The position numbers and the translations under genes are program-made. DNA of 60,259 bases from Magnetococcales bacterium (lineage in GTDB: Bacteria; Pseudomonadota; Magnetococcia; Magnetococcales; JADFWT01): positions 1 to 60,259 of the forward strand of contig JADFWT010000004.1 of assembly GCA_015233785.1 (NCBI GenBank), in the 5' to 3' direction. Positions 18,260 through 28,165 of this stretch are shown piece by piece. How positions within the stretch are numbered: the stretch's first letter is position 1; the number at the start of each line of letters is the position of its first letter. The notes under the pieces were generated by a model. That model did not search any database, was not told the DNA's origin, and saw nothing but the letters and a program-made list of their open reading frames with translations.

Positions 18260-20665
18260 TCAGTTCCCTTTCGCTCCTCCACCCTGCGCACTCTTCTCCC
18301 ACAGCCGCTCATAAACCGCCTCCACCTCACGGGCATAGGTCGCGCCATCCAAAAGCGGTGACTCCATCACCTGCTGCCGAAGCCCAGCTCGCAAGAGATC
18401 CAGCGCGGTGAGATCCGCCGCCAGCTTCACCGCCGCCTCTACATACCCCGCTTTGTCATCCACCGCCAAGTCATTCAATCCGGCATGCACGACAATATCC
18501 GTCGCCATACGTCCGACAAAATTCTGTCCCTTGAGAGTGATGACCGGAACCCCCATCCAGAGCGCCTGAAAGGTGGTGGTGGCTCCGGTAAAAGGGAATG
18601 GATCCAAGGCGATATCCGCCTGATGGTAGTTCGCCATGTGGGAACTGTGAACCTCAAGCTCACTCTTCAGAATCAGCCGATCACTGGAGATGCCAGTCTC
18701 CTCAAAGCGCTGGATCACCCGCTGGCGCAGTGATTCATTGGCCAGATGGTTGCGATATTTAAGCAGCAGCTTGGAGCCCGGAACCGCCTTCAGAACCTCT
18801 CCCCATAGATCCACTACCTGCAGGTTGATTTTGGAAAAGTTATTGAGAGAGATAAAGGTGATATGGCCGCACTCCAATGCCGGAAGCGATGAGACTGGCG
18901 GGGTCTCCTCCGGTTCGGGGTAGACATAGAAGTTTGGTAGCCGCACCAACGCTTCCGTAAAACGCTCTTCGGTCTCCCCATCTGGATGCACCACCGCATC
19001 GGTGAACCAATAGTCCATCTCATCCAGGGCGGTGGTGGCAGAGCTGTGATAACTGATCTGAACCGGAACCGGACGATATAGCGCCGCCATGGTGCGGTTG
19101 GCATCAAACAGCCCCGCCAGATAAACGGCAATGTGAATCCCATCTTCACGCAGCGTCGCTGCCAGTTGCTGGTCGGTAAGTCCATTGGTCACCCGCCAGT
19201 GATGACACACCCCCTTGATGCGCTCGGTGACATCATCCGGCTGATTAAGCTCGGCATAGCCATATAGTTCAAAGCGATCCGGATCATGGTGAATGAGCAG
19301 CGGCAGAAGATTGAAAGCCACCGGATGGTCACGAAAATCAGAGGATAGATAGGCCACCTTGAGCCGCTCGGGGGGGGCTTCCGGCTTCCATGGCTCCAGA
19401 GGCACCACACAGGCACTCTCCACAGCCTTCAATACATGGCTGCGAAGTGTCCCGAACAGGGTCTCGTTATCAATATCCGGTTGGTATAGCAGCGCATTGA
19501 GATACGACTTGACCCGCTCAAAGGGAGCCCCCAGTTCAACATCCCGACGATAGTGTGTCAGCGCCTCTGCATGACGCGACAACGCGTTGCAGGCATTGGC
19601 CAGATTGCTATGGGCCTCCCCCTGGTTTGGTTCCAGAACCAACGCTTTTTCATAGCAAGCCGCCGCCTTATCAAACAGCCCTTGAGCATGATAGGCGCTG
19701 CCTAGATTGTTCAACACCCCGGCATTGTCCGCATCCATGGCCAACGCCTTCTCAAAACAGTCGCTGGCGGTCTTCTTATCACCCATCATGTGGATGACGG
19801 TGCCGAGATTGTTGTACGCCTCCACTCGAGTTGGATCCAGAGAGATGGCCCGATCATAGCAGACCACCGCCTCATCATGACGCCCCTGAGCCGCAAAAAG
19901 ATCCCCCAACTTGATCTGCCCAATCACATTGTCAGGCTCCAATTGTTGAACCCTCTGCAGGTGCTCCAAGGCGGCGTCGTAATCCCCCTTAGCAAGGAGC
20001 GCTCCGCCAAGCATCACAAGCAATGGGGCGGAATCAGGCCACTGCACCCTGGCCTGCTCAAGATAGCCCAACGCCCGATCATAATCCCCCATTTCAGCAA
20101 GAAGATCCCCCATATTACCGAGAATCTGGGGGGACTCCGGCAACAAATCCAACGCTTTATGAAACTGCGCCAAAGCCCCTTTCAAATCCCCCCCACGACG
20201 CATAACGTTGCCCAAGTTATTGCAACTCCCCGCGTCATTGGGGTTGATGGCCAGCGCCCTCTCCAGTGCTTCCCGGGCCTCCTCCAACGCACCAAGGTCC
20301 AACAGCGCGCCACCCAGCCCAGAGAGGGCATTGCCATCCTCAGGTGCAATGGAAAGAGCCTGACGATAACTCTGCACCGCCTCTTCCCCACGCCCCTGAC
20401 TACGCAGCACATTACCAAGATTGGCCATGGCCGGAAAAAACTCAGCATGGGCGGCAATGGCCTGCCGCATACGCCGTTCGGCCTCCTGTAATTCGCCGCT
20501 GTGATGGGCAATAACCCCCAGAAGATGTAACGCATCCGGTTGCCTGGGATCGGCCTGAAGAATCTGATGATAAATCTGCCCCGCCTCGGCTAAGCGTCCG
20601 GCTTGATGGTGTTCCACGGCAATGCGCAGAGCATCGCTCAAGGTGATCTGCTGTTGGGACGGCAT
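18260..20665 (-). CDS. TPR + GT41 glycosyltransferase
   Basis: TPRs, KVAYLSSDFRDHPVA, NNFSKIN, DIALDPFPFTGATTT. Confidence 0.93.
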   Translation of the reverse strand: MPSQQQITLSDALRIAVEHHQAGRLAEAGQIYHQILQADPRQPDALHLLGVIAHHSGELQEAERRMRQAIAAHAEFFPAMANLGNVLRSQGRGEEAVQSYRQALSIAPEDGNALSGLGGALLDLGALEEAREALERALAINPNDAGSCNNLGNVMRRGGDLKGALAQFHKALDLLPESPQILGNMGDLLAEMGDYDRALGYLEQARVQWPDSAPLLVMLGGALLAKGDYDAALEHLQRVQQLEPDNVIGQIKLGDLFAAQGRHDEAVVCYDRAISLDPTRVEAYNNLGTVIHMMGDKKTASDCFEKALAMDADNAGVLNNLGSAYHAQGLFDKAAACYEKALVLEPNQGEAHSNLANACNALSRHAEALTHYRRDVELGAPFERVKSYLNALLYQPDIDNETLFGTLRSHVLKAVESACVVPLEPWKPEAPPERLKVAYLSSDFRDHPVAFNLLPLLIHHDPDRFELYGYAELNQPDDVTERIKGVCHHWRVTNGLTDQQLAATLREDGIHIAVYLAGLFDANRTMAALYRPVPVQISYHSSATTALDEMDYWFTDAVVHPDGETEERFTEALVRLPNFYVYPEPEETPPVSSLPALECGHITFISLNNFSKINLQVVDLWGEVLKAVPGSKLLLKYRNHLANESLRQRVIQRFEETGISSDRLILKSELEVHSSHMANYHQADIALDPFPFTGATTTFQALWMGVPVITLKGQNFVGRMATDIVVHAGLNDLAVDDKAGYVEAAVKLAADLTALDLLRAGLRQQVMESPLLDGATYAREVEAVYERLWEKSAQGGGAKGN

Positions 20666-20736
20666 GGGCTGTTTCTCTCCGGCGGCTGGATGGTTCTGAG
20701 ACCTGCCATCATGGCAAGACCCCGATCATGCCCAGC

Positions 20737-23382
20737 TCACGCCTCATCGCGCAACACCTCCCGCAGAGCGGCCGCCAACTCCTCCCGAATAAACGGCTTC
20801 TGCAAAAAACCGTCAAACCCCTTCTCATGGGCATTGTTGGCGGTAACGCTCTCACTAAACCCTGTGCAGATCATCATCGGCAACTCCGGGGCCACCTGTC
20901 GCGCAACCTGACCCAAGGCAAGTCCGGTCATCTCCGGCATGGTCTGATCGGTAATCAGAAGCCGGTATCGACTCGGCTCCAATTTCAGAGCCTCCAGCGC
21001 CGGTTTGGCCCGTTCAAAAGAAACCACCGAATATCCAAGAGAACCCAACATCTTGCAACCAACCTTCAGCAGCGTCGGGTCATCATCCACCAGAAGAATT
21101 TCCCCCGACTCAACACGCGTCTTCACCGGTGTAACGATGGTGTCGGGGACTTGTGTTAACGGGGATGGTTGATCCGCAATTGGTAGATGAATGGTGAAGC
21201 TGGTTCCATACCCCAATCGACTCTCCACCTGAATCGAACCACCACATCCCCGCACAATACCATGCGTGACCGCCAACCCCAGCCCACTCCCCTTGCCCTT
21301 TTCTCGGGTGGTAAAAAACGGCTCAAAGATCCGTCCAAGATGCGCCTCTTCAATCCCTTCGCCATGATCAGTGACCACCAGCCGCACATAGTGACCAGGC
21401 TCAATTCTCAGAGATACAGCCTCCGACGACGAAATCCAGCAGGCGGTCAACTGGAGTTCCAACACCCCGCCATCCGGCATGGCGTGTCCGGCATTGACAC
21501 ACAGATTCATCACCATCTGCTGAATTTGCGACGCATCCCCCATCAACACGACATCAGGGACCGTTAACTCCGGATGAATCTCAATCGTGGCAGGCAGTGT
21601 CGCCCGTATCAGGCGAATGGTTTCTGCAACAACCTGCTGAGGCTGAAGAGGCTCCCTGACCCCCTTCCCCCCCTGGCGACTGAAGGTTAGAAGCTGCCTT
21701 ACCAGATCCCGCCCCCGACCCGAGGCGGTCATGATCTCCTCCAGACTGGTTTGCAACTGCACCTGATCGTCCAGGCTCAGAGTGGCCAACTCACCATGCC
21801 CCATAATGATGCCGAGAATGTTGTTGAAGTCATGGGCAATGCCCCCAGCCAGCGCACCAATCGCCTTCATGCGACGGGTCTGTTCCAGCTCTCGCATCAT
21901 GCGCTTCTGCTCGGTGATGTCTCTCGCCAGAGCCATCCAGCGAACAGGCCGTCCCTCGGCATCCCGTACCCACCAACCACGAATCAACACCTGGGCCATC
22001 TCGCCATCGTGCCGGAGACAACGCTGCTCCAGCACAACACCATCCCGCTGCTCATCACCAGAAGCCTGACAGGCCACCTGATCCCACCATGGATCGGGAA
22101 ACAGAGCACGATGGGGCATCTCTTTCAACACCTCCATCGTATGACCGACCATTTTGAGAAAAGCGTCGTTGGCCTCCTCGATATGCCCTTGGGAATCGAC
22201 AAAAAAGATCCCCTCCCCCGAAGTTTTAAACAGCGTGCGGTATCTCTTTTCCGAATCTCTCCGCGCCAGCTCGGCATGATGTCGCTCAGTAACATCCTCC
22301 GCCACACCCACCACACGAAAAATCTCCCCCTGCTCATCCATCACCGGATAGACGCGCGAAAGAATCCAACGCGTCTCTCCATCTGGGCGCATGATCCGAT
22401 ACTCAGGGAAGGCATATTCCACAAACGAGCGCTGGCTCAGCCACGCCACCTGAGCAGAAACCCTCTCTCGATCCTCTACCACCACCGAGTCAAGCCAGGA
22501 TAATGGGTTCTCAATCAGATTCTGACGGCTACGACCCCAGATTTGTTCATAGGCGATACTGACATAGTAGATCTGCTCCCACGTTCTACTACTGATCCAG
22601 AACACATCCCGCACACTATTGGACAGCATCCGAAATCGCTCTTCCGCTTCGGTCAACGACTTAAACGAACCACTCAAATTACTGCCCATCTTGTTGATGG
22701 CATTCACCACCCGTTCAATCTCATCTCCATCTCCCCGATGCATCGCCGGTCGATCCAGATGGCAGGGGGTGAAGGGGCGATGCGGTGTCATCTCCTGCAC
22801 AAACGCCGCCAGATAGGTCAAATGACGCGTTACCAAATACTGAAACAGAAACAGGATGAAACCTGCCACCAGGAAAGTCTTGAGAGCGTTACTGATTAAG
22901 ATCATCAACGCCTGGTCCAGCAACCGCCAGTAGACGCCATCCATGCCCACCACCACCTCAAGAACACCGATCTCCAAGCGGCTGCCCCGGTAGTGAGCGT
23001 GGAGTGGAAAATCGCGTTTGATTTGGTAATGGGCGATGATGCGCCCGTTCTTCCAGCGCCGCTTCCCTTTTAGATGAATGGCCAGATACTCCACATGAGG
23101 CATCCGGGAGAGACCCTTTAGCTGCAAGCGGATCTGTTGCTCATCCACCACCCAAACACTTTGGGCAATGCTCTCCAGATGGCCATCCTGAATATCTTTG
23201 TTGAAAAATTGATGAATGCTCGCAAGCTCCTCCTGAAAATTATGATAGAGCTGGAACGTCGTGGTTGCCACCGTGATCAACGAACTGAACAAGATCACCG
23301 CAAACGTCAGGCGTCGGGCAATCGGACCGCCGGGAAAAAGCCGATCCACCCCCCCTTTCAACCATGCCGTTATTGGTTTCAC
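20737..23382 (-). CDS. Hybrid sensor histidine kinase (periplasmic domain, HAMP-like, 2 PAS, HisKA, HATPase, REC)
   Basis: GGIAHDFNNIL, NLCVNAGHAM, FFTTREKGKGSGLGL, LITDQTMPEMTG. Confidence 0.95.
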   Translation of the reverse strand: MKPITAWLKGGVDRLFPGGPIARRLTFAVILFSSLITVATTTFQLYHNFQEELASIHQFFNKDIQDGHLESIAQSVWVVDEQQIRLQLKGLSRMPHVEYLAIHLKGKRRWKNGRIIAHYQIKRDFPLHAHYRGSRLEIGVLEVVVGMDGVYWRLLDQALMILISNALKTFLVAGFILFLFQYLVTRHLTYLAAFVQEMTPHRPFTPCHLDRPAMHRGDGDEIERVVNAINKMGSNLSGSFKSLTEAEERFRMLSNSVRDVFWISSRTWEQIYYVSIAYEQIWGRSRQNLIENPLSWLDSVVVEDRERVSAQVAWLSQRSFVEYAFPEYRIMRPDGETRWILSRVYPVMDEQGEIFRVVGVAEDVTERHHAELARRDSEKRYRTLFKTSGEGIFFVDSQGHIEEANDAFLKMVGHTMEVLKEMPHRALFPDPWWDQVACQASGDEQRDGVVLEQRCLRHDGEMAQVLIRGWWVRDAEGRPVRWMALARDITEQKRMMRELEQTRRMKAIGALAGGIAHDFNNILGIIMGHGELATLSLDDQVQLQTSLEEIMTASGRGRDLVRQLLTFSRQGGKGVREPLQPQQVVAETIRLIRATLPATIEIHPELTVPDVVLMGDASQIQQMVMNLCVNAGHAMPDGGVLELQLTACWISSSEAVSLRIEPGHYVRLVVTDHGEGIEEAHLGRIFEPFFTTREKGKGSGLGLAVTHGIVRGCGGSIQVESRLGYGTSFTIHLPIADQPSPLTQVPDTIVTPVKTRVESGEILLVDDDPTLLKVGCKMLGSLGYSVVSFERAKPALEALKLEPSRYRLLITDQTMPEMTGLALGQVARQVAPELPMMICTGFSESVTANNAHEKGFDGFLQKPFIREELAAALREVLRDEA

Positions 23383-24140
23383 GGTGCACTTTCCTCACGA
23401 ACATAGGGTGCTAATACTTTCTGAGACAGCTCTTGAATCCACCCCTCACGCCGCATATCTTGCAGTACACTGGTTACCTTGGGGACCAGAGACCGGTGAC
23501 GTTTGTGCAGATAGAGAAACATCTCGCGACTGGCCAGCGGCGGTGAAAGCGCATGAACCTCCGTAAAGCCAAGATCACGTATCATGTACAGCCCCTGCCA
23601 TCGTTCATAGACCACCACCTCAACCCGCCCCAGATTCAACAGTTCAAAAAGCTGTTCGGGATGGCGCACCCGAACCAATTCGCGGACAGTGGCCAGATTT
23701 TTCTCCAGAATCTTCCAGCCCGTAATAATGGCCACTGAATGGTCGCTAAGGCTCTCCCAGCCGTCGATCAAGATATCCCGGCTCCTGGAGAACGCCACAA
23801 AGTCGTAATCCACCACCTTCTCGGGAACCCGTACGATATTGGGATAGAGCAGAGATAGCCCCTTCACGCGGGGAAGATCGCCGTCATCAAACCCTTCGTT
23901 GACCATCATCAGTGCACGCTCAGCAGGCAAGCGGTGCATGGAGATTTTGATCCCCAAGCGCCGGAATGCCTCCTCGGCAATCCGATCATGCAAACCCGCC
24001 CCATCAGGACGTGCCAGAGGCGGCCTACCAAAGGTGTTAATGGCAAGCGGCTCTCCACCCCATGCCCATAGCGGCACAAGAATCAGAGAAACGGCCAGCA
24101 ACAACCCGATGCGGGGCCTCTGCTTCATCGCACTCCTCAT
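23379..24140 (-). CDS. Periplasmic substrate-binding protein (family 3-like)
   Basis: Signal peptide; LPAERALMMVNEG.DDG and QLFELLNLGRVEVVV; 4-bp overlap with the kinase. Confidence 0.85.
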   Translation of the reverse strand: MRSAMKQRPRIGLLLAVSLILVPLWAWGGEPLAINTFGRPPLARPDGAGLHDRIAEEAFRRLGIKISMHRLPAERALMMVNEGFDDGDLPRVKGLSLLYPNIVRVPEKVVDYDFVAFSRSRDILIDGWESLSDHSVAIITGWKILEKNLATVRELVRVRHPEQLFELLNLGRVEVVVYERWQGLYMIRDLGFTEVHALSPPLASREMFLYLHKRHRSLVPKVTSVLQDMRREGWIQELSQKVLAPYVREESAP

Positions 24141-24257
24141 ATGTGGTGATCAAAACAACGGAACAAGGACTGGCGTCGGTCTTACGCCGAGCTTCGTTCA
24201 GCCCTTTTTACAGGGTATCATATTTTATGGGTGGATAAGGCATGAAATGGTGGCAAT

Positions 24258-25052
24258 TTACAGGAGCTTCCTTAAGCGCGCACGATACATGGCGCACAAT
24301 GTAAAAGCATCGGTGATGGTGCCGTCTGCAATCAGGCGTTCCACCTCCTCCACATCGAACAGACGAAGGCGAACTATCCCCTCCTCCTCTTGAACGGATC
24401 CGATCTCATCCAACTCGGCAAAGAAGAGTGCCGACTGCTCATCGGTAACCCCGGTGTTGGTATGCATCATCCCCAACGACTCTAAACGAACAACGCGACC
24501 CTCAATCTCCTCTTGCACCTCCTGGCAAGCCGTCTCCTCTGGGGTAAGACGGGGTGATCCAAAACCTCGCGGCAGTTCAAGATGAAGATCGCGGGTGGCA
24601 TGACGAAACTGCTCCACCATGACCACTTGGGAGCGGTAGAGCGGCAGCACCACCGAGCCGGGCGTCATGGCCGGGTTCATGACCACGCGAATGTAAATCC
24701 CATAGCGCCCTGGAGAGAACCGGACAGGATCACGGAGTACCGAGAAAAATTCATTCTGGTAGAGCAGGCCCAACCGTGCCCACGATTCGGGGACTCCGAG
24801 CTGCTTCATGCGATCAACACCGCCCTGTTCAGCAAGCCGTAACGCTCGCGCATCATAGACAATTTCCGTACCGACTGGCCCCTTCGGATTACGGAATAGC
24901 TGCGGTTGCTCACGGCGCATTTGCCGATAGGCTGCCAAAGGGTCAGACGGCGACGACCCCCTCTGGTCATCACACCTCAGTTGCGGCTGTTTCTCCTGCA
25001 CCTTGATGCTCCTCGCACGACAACAATCGGCAGCCTCTCCACCTGATCTCAT
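24258..25052 (-). CDS. NUDIX hydrolase (ADP-ribose pyrophosphatase-like)
   Basis: EQFRHA...LELPRGFG...EETACQEVQEEIEG Nudix box and GTITDAFT. The start codon is uncertain. Confidence 0.85.
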   Translation of the reverse strand: MRSGGEAADCCRARSIKVQEKQPQLRCDDQRGSSPSDPLAAYRQMRREQPQLFRNPKGPVGTEIVYDARALRLAEQGGVDRMKQLGVPESWARLGLLYQNEFFSVLRDPVRFSPGRYGIYIRVVMNPAMTPGSVVLPLYRSQVVMVEQFRHATRDLHLELPRGFGSPRLTPEETACQEVQEEIEGRVVRLESLGMMHTNTGVTDEQSALFFAELDEIGSVQEEEGIVRLRLFDVEEVERLIADGTITDAFTLCAMYRARLRKLL

Positions 25053-25184
25053 GACTGACTATCCTGAAAGGTCGTTATTTCATGATCAAGGAAATAACAA
25101 CCAAGGCTACCCATTTCCCCCTTCCGCTCTATTCCTGCTACCATAAGCACCATCACCATTTCGGCACCACAAGGAGAACCCATC

Positions 25185-26069
25185 ATGATCCTCATCACCG
25201 GTTGCACAGGCTTTGTAGGCTCCACCCTGGTCCCAATGCTCAAGGCGAAGGGGCACATCGTCACCGGCTTGGTACGGACCCCCAATAAACGTCGGGGCAA
25301 ACCCTACCCGGATATTCCCATGATGAGCGGCTCTATTATGGATCCGACCAGCCTGGAGCGCACCATGAAGGGCGTGGACACGGTGATCCATCTGGTAGGA
25401 ATCCTGCTGGAAGAGGGAACTCAAAGCTTTGAGGCGGTACATCACCAGGGGACTCGAAATGTTCTAGAGGCGGCAGAAAAAGCCGGGGTGAAGCGCTATC
25501 TGCACATGAGCTCCCTGGGCACCCGGGAACATGCCGCCAGCCAATATCATCAAAGCAAATGGGACGCCGAGTGTGCGGTGCGGGATTCAAAGCTGGATTG
25601 GACCATCTTGCGTCCTTCGGTAATTTTTGGACGACACGATAACTTTGTCAATCAGTTCATCAATATGGCCAAGTTTTCCCCGGCCCTGCCGCTGCTTGGG
25701 GATGGATCTACACAGATGCAGCCCATTTGGGTGGAGGATGTAGCACGCTGCTTTATCGCTGCACTGGATAAGCCCGAAAGTGTGGGAAAAGTCTATGAGC
25801 TGGGAGGGCCTGATCGGCTAACCTTTAAGGAGATACTGCAAACGATTCTTCAGGCTAGCGGAAAGCGAAGATTACTGATTCCAACACCCTTTACCGTACT
25901 GGAGGCGGAAGCATGGGTTATGGAGAGAGTCCTGCCTACGCCGCCTCTTACCCAGGATCAGCTAATCATGGCTCAAGAGGATAATATTTGTGATATCCAA
26001 GAAATGTGCGAGACATTCGAGGTCGCACCACGCACCTTCCGCGATGGACTGAACGATTACAACATGTAG
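25185..26069 (+). CDS. Complex I NDUFA9-like NAD(P)-binding SDR protein
   Basis: ITGCTGFVG, VIHLVGI, YHQSKWDAE, WTILRPSVIFG, MQPIWVEDVA; AAGGAG SD. Confidence 0.9.
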   Translation: MILITGCTGFVGSTLVPMLKAKGHIVTGLVRTPNKRRGKPYPDIPMMSGSIMDPTSLERTMKGVDTVIHLVGILLEEGTQSFEAVHHQGTRNVLEAAEKAGVKRYLHMSSLGTREHAASQYHQSKWDAECAVRDSKLDWTILRPSVIFGRHDNFVNQFINMAKFSPALPLLGDGSTQMQPIWVEDVARCFIAALDKPESVGKVYELGGPDRLTFKEILQTILQASGKRRLLIPTPFTVLEAEAWVMERVLPTPPLTQDQLIMAQEDNICDIQEMCETFEVAPRTFRDGLNDYNM

Positions 26070-26093
26070 CGAACAAACGGCTCCGGACACCCA

Positions 26094-26255
26094 TCAGGCA
26101 CCGGGATAGAGGCGTGTCCAGGCGATAACTTGCGCCAAGAGCGCGCTAAATCCCAGCCCTACGGCAATGGCTAAAAGAAGATCCACCACCACATAGATGA
26201 TCGGGTCTCTCTCGGAGAGCTCATCAAGCCACTCAAACAGATGAAGTCCCATCAT
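26094..26255 (-). CDS. Small single-pass membrane protein (53 aa; below the ORF-track cutoff)
   Basis: AAAGGAGTGAGG upstream of ATG; MMGLHLFEWLDELSERDPIIYVVVDLLLAIAVGLGFSALLAQVIAWTRLYPGA. Confidence 0.7.
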   Translation of the reverse strand: MMGLHLFEWLDELSERDPIIYVVVDLLLAIAVGLGFSALLAQVIAWTRLYPGA

Positions 26256-26345
26256 CGTCCTCACTCCTTTCCAACAGTTTACGATGACCCTACTGGTCTT
26301 AGACTGGGGGAACGAGTAAGAGTTCCTTCGGGAAGATGGGCGGGG

Positions 26346-26987
26346 CTACCAGCTTCGAACCGGCAGCACGATCTGCTCTACAAGGAAAATATACCGCAAC
26401 TCCTGGGTGGGTGGGAGTTTCAACGCCGGATCCGGTTCTGGAGAGGGAGGGCCGCTGGGCTGGGCACTGAAACTTCGGCCCTCATCCCCTCTAATGATCC
26501 CATCAACTTCCTGACGCCCCTGGATAATCACCCGATCGCCCTTGCGAATCTTCATCATATCGTCCAACACCTTCTCGGTGACGGGAACCAAATGCAAGGT
26601 GATGAGTTTGCCCCTTTTCGGCTTATGACCCGCGCGCCAATAGCGGGCAAAGATGCCCTCTTTCATATGGTGAAAACGTACCCACTCGGCGTGGGCAAAG
26701 TCACCGGTTCCTAGAACAATGTGATGGGTAATGAGCGGCACAGGCGCATTGGAACCGGATCGCTCAAAAACTCGAACTGCACCAATATGGTGAGAACGCT
26801 TCTCCTGCCATTCGACCTCATAGGGGGGCAGGGTATGATCAATAAATTGCGGTGGCGGACGCGAAGCATCCGGGAGTCGGTAGGCGAGAAACCACACTTC
26901 TGCAAGTGCCGCCAATAACAGAAAAAATCCAATTTTTTGTAGACTCATGAACGGGCTTTCCATAGCAGATGTGATCGCCGGACTCAT
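26346..26987 (-). CDS. Membrane-anchored hypothetical protein (paralog of 11881-12429)
   Basis: TM helix; PLITHHIVLGTGDF / LHLVP / IRKGDRVIIQGRQEVDG. Confidence 0.8.
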   Translation of the reverse strand: MSPAITSAMESPFMSLQKIGFFLLLAALAEVWFLAYRLPDASRPPPQFIDHTLPPYEVEWQEKRSHHIGAVRVFERSGSNAPVPLITHHIVLGTGDFAHAEWVRFHHMKEGIFARYWRAGHKPKRGKLITLHLVPVTEKVLDDMMKIRKGDRVIIQGRQEVDGIIRGDEGRSFSAQPSGPPSPEPDPALKLPPTQELRYIFLVEQIVLPVRSW

Positions 26988-27167
26988 GGCGGCTAGGATA
27001 GCATAACGAGGTGAGGATGGTTTGACTACCTAAATGAAGGTCGAGCACTCCCCAGTTTGGTGCAACACCATCACGAGATAAATTCAGCTCGACACAAAAC
27101 TCTGCTATGCTTTAAGAAAAACTCGTTAACGGGGTCCCTTTCATCTATGGCCGATCAGGAGTGATTC

Positions 27168-27464
27168 ATGAGCGTCACTACCACCCAACGCGGAGAGATT
27201 GTCGTCATTAAGCTTAATGGCAATTTCAGCTTTCAGATGAACAAGGAGTTCAAAAAAACCACCGATCAATACCCGGCTAACTCCCGCTATGAGATCGACC
27301 TTTCAGGCGTAGACCATGTGGAGAGTTCTGCCCTGGGCATGCTTCTGGTTCTGCGCAGCCAATGCGGAGATGATCAGGCCAGAATCACCCTCACCGGTGC
27401 TAATCCTCGGGTGAGAACATTACTGGAAATCTCCCAGTTTCATAAGCTCTTTGAACTGCGTTGA
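27168..27464 (+). CDS. STAS-domain anti-sigma factor antagonist
   Basis: IDLSGVDHVESSALGMLL with the phospho-acceptor Ser; AGGAG SD. Confidence 0.92.
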   Translation: MSVTTTQRGEIVVIKLNGNFSFQMNKEFKKTTDQYPANSRYEIDLSGVDHVESSALGMLLVLRSQCGDDQARITLTGANPRVRTLLEISQFHKLFELR

Positions 27465-27470
27465 TCCGCT

Positions 27471-27992
27471 GTGTCTCGTCATCCTAAAGAAAATAATTCG
27501 ACAGCACCATCTTCCGGTCAACCGGAGCCGCATACGGTTGAACGGCACCGCTTTCAGACCCTGGCCCAGGCTCGTTCACTGGCATTGAAGCTCTCTCAGC
27601 TCTGTCCAGATCCCGAACGGGTAAAAACCGGCCTCTCTGAATTGATGATCAACGCTGTTGAACACGGCAACCTGGAGATCAGCTACCAGGAGAAAGGGCA
27701 ACTTCTGGAGCATGGAACCTGGGAAGAAGAGACCATGCAACGCTTGGCCTTGCCCCGATATCGAGATCGGTTCGCCGAAGTGGTGGTCTCCCGCAGTGAG
27801 CGGGAAATACGCTTTTTGATTCAGGATATGGGCAGCGGCTTTGATTGGCGGCCTTTTCTTGAGATTGATCCGCAGCGCATCCTACACAACCATGGACGCG
27901 GGATCGCCTGGGCCGCATCGCTGAGCTTTGATCGGCTTGAATTTTATGAGCCGGGAAGTGCTGTTGAGGGTGTAGTGATTCTCACTGAATAA
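27471..27992 (+). CDS. Anti-sigma-type Ser kinase (HATPase_c_2)
   Basis: GLSELMINAVEHGNL, IQDMGSGFDW, HGRGI. Confidence 0.88.
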   Translation: MSRHPKENNSTAPSSGQPEPHTVERHRFQTLAQARSLALKLSQLCPDPERVKTGLSELMINAVEHGNLEISYQEKGQLLEHGTWEEETMQRLALPRYRDRFAEVVVSRSEREIRFLIQDMGSGFDWRPFLEIDPQRILHNHGRGIAWAASLSFDRLEFYEPGSAVEGVVILTE

Positions 27993-28165
27993 CCACACAG
28001 ACATCGGCGTGCAATGACCGATCATGAAAACCTGCCGGATGGATCCTGTTCAACATCGCCTCGACCCCTTAAAATAACAGCTCAAAAAATGCGTCAGGTA
28101 GAGTTACGCGGTGAAATATCCATCGGTTTGACTTTGAACCTTCTCTCTTCGGCTTCAGGAGCGTC

